Shown here in pieces: positions 62,418 through 64,000 of a DNA stretch of 64,000 bases. Source of the DNA: Macrostomum lignano (lineage: Eukaryota); contig NIVC01003487.1 in the NCBI GenBank assembly GCA_002269645.1, forward strand, positions 1 to 64,000, written 5' to 3'. Within the stretch, counting starts at the first letter, position 1. Each line of letters starts with the position of its first letter. Made by a program: the position numbers and the translations under genes. Below the pieces are notes generated by a model, which was not told the DNA's origin, searched no databases, and saw only the letters and a list, made by a program, of their open reading frames with translations.

Positions 62418-62851
62418 TCAGCCGAAGCAGATGCAGTCCAAGCAGGCCGCCAGCTTGAAGCACAGCCAGTAGCGCAGAAGGGCGAAGCACAGGGCGCCGC
62501 AGGACAGCAGGCAGATGGCCCACCACAGCCCGGCAAGGCCGGGGTCCTCCGACTGCAGTGACTCCTCCACCGCGTGCACCAGCCGCTCGCGCTCGGCGCG
62601 TCGCTCGGCCAGCGACAGCCTCGGCCAAGTCGGCAGAGCAAGCGGCGGCGGCGGCGACGGTGGAAGGTCGCGAGCTCGACGCCACTGTTGCCAACCGCGC
62701 AGCAGGGAACGCCGCAGGCTGGGCGGTGGCGGCGGCGGCGGCTGCCGTCTCGAATCCGCGGCGTCGGCGGACACCGGGATGAAGTCGTAGGCGTCGTGAA
62801 GCAGCAGGGCGACGACAGCGTGGTTGGCGTGACTGTGCCAGCGACAGCCGT
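62418..62851 (-). CDS. Probable terminal exon of an unidentified single-pass membrane protein
   Basis: Acceptor cccgcag/AC; GC-rich open frame GCRWHSHANHAVVALLLHDAYDF...GLWWAICLLSCGALCFALLRYWLCFKLAACLDCICFG-stop. Upstream exons not identified. Confidence 0.6.
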
Positions 62852-63289
62852 CTGCGGGCGGGTGGGGGGGTGATCGGGTGCTGACACAGGTGAGTCAGGG
62901 TGATTAGGTGCTGACTGAGGTGAGTCAGGGAGGCTAGATCACTTAATTATTGCTCCAGACTCAGGGACAAGCAGATGCCGCATATTTTATTCACTTCGGT
63001 CATCATTTTTTATCGCTGATAACAAATTTTAAATATCCATTTTTGTTTTTTTCAGCAGAAGTTTCTGTTTAAGCTGTACTTAAGCAGTTCCTGCTTTGCT
63101 CTCACCTGGTCACCTCGACTCACCTCTGCCGATAAGATAAGAGTGCGCGCTGCGGCAGGGCGAGTGAAGAGACTTATCTCTTGGATTTCAGAAGAGTTTA
63201 CTTAAGGCTGCTCCAAGTGAGGCACTATCTGGTGGGTCTTGCTTGACCATCTGATGCATGTAGACTCGGTTTTGTCCCTCTAGCATAGT

Positions 63290-63670
63290 TGTGACGCCAC
63301 TATCCCAGTTGTGACGCCACTATCCCAGTTGTGACGCCACTATCCCAGTTGTGACGCCACTATCCCAGTTGTGACGCCACTATCCCAGTTGTGACGCCAC
63401 TATCCCAGTTGTGACGCCACTATCCCAGTTGTGACGCCACTATCCCAGTTGTGACGCCACTATCCCAGTTGTGACGCCACTATCCCAGTTGTGACGCCAC
63501 TATCCCAGTTGTGACGCCACTATCCCAGTTGTGACGCCACTATCCCAGTTGTGACGCCACTATCCTAGTTTTGACACTACTATCTCAGTTTCGACGCCAC
63601 TATCCCAGTTGTGACGCCATTATCCCAGTTGCGACGCCATTATCTCAGTTGTGACGCCACTATCACAGTT
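63290..63670. repeat. Highly homogeneous 20-bp minisatellite (GTGACGCCACTATCCCAGTT)
   Basis: About 14 identical copies followed by degenerate copies at the right end. Confidence 0.97.
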
Positions 63671-64000
63671 TCAATGACACTTAAATGATGAGTCAGACGC
63701 CTTGGCCCTCAGCTGTTCAGTCCCTCTGCCATTTTGACAGACCAAAACTGATTTCCTCGCCCCCAGCAACTGCTTCGCCCTGTGATTTTCGATTGCTACT
63801 GTAACAACGTCATAAATCAGCCAATATAGCCTGAAATGCGGGTCACTGCAACATACCAGGCGCGCTCAGGCTGACTGAATGCCTGCATCCTGATGTGTGC
63901 AGATGAAGGCTGTTCCAGTCATTAATTATGCAAATTGCCATTCAGAGCGCAGTTACAGCCAGGTACTTATTTGCCAGAGCAGGCAATTTAAGACTGCAGA

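Noticed and set aside
63290-63670. CRISPR-like array
   Set aside because: The 20-bp units are directly adjacent with no unique spacers; there are no cas genes and the context is eukaryotic. The same applies to all other arrays here.

Overview
Eukaryotic, intron-rich animal genomic DNA. The GC-rich exons, a different minisatellite in almost every intron and frequent TACATGTA suggest a flatworm such as Macrostomum, but this is inference. Host genes: a 3-exon Pur-alpha gene (minus); a 7-exon RASSF1/5-like RA+SARAH gene (plus, 35.5-53.1 kb); a damaged GT32 glycosyltransferase; a 2-exon secreted-peptide gene; and two partial unidentified genes. Mobile DNA: a full-length LOA-like LINE with a 14-bp TSD, hAT MITEs, a 6.4-kb hAT element, a decayed DD34D mariner, and Crypton, RTE and SINE remnants. 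Four observations stand out. (1) In the hAT element, a 104-nt intron joins a signal-peptide/lamin-tail-like ORF in frame to the transposase (1313 aa spliced, 543 aa if the intron is retained). (2) An HDV-like ribozyme fold has its cleavage site exactly at the LINE 5' end. (3) A strong splice acceptor lies 2 nt before LINE ORF1. (4) A 297-bp hAT MITE carries a 28S rDNA fragment spanning the R2/I-PpoI target. All domain calls are by motif recognition; no searches were run.
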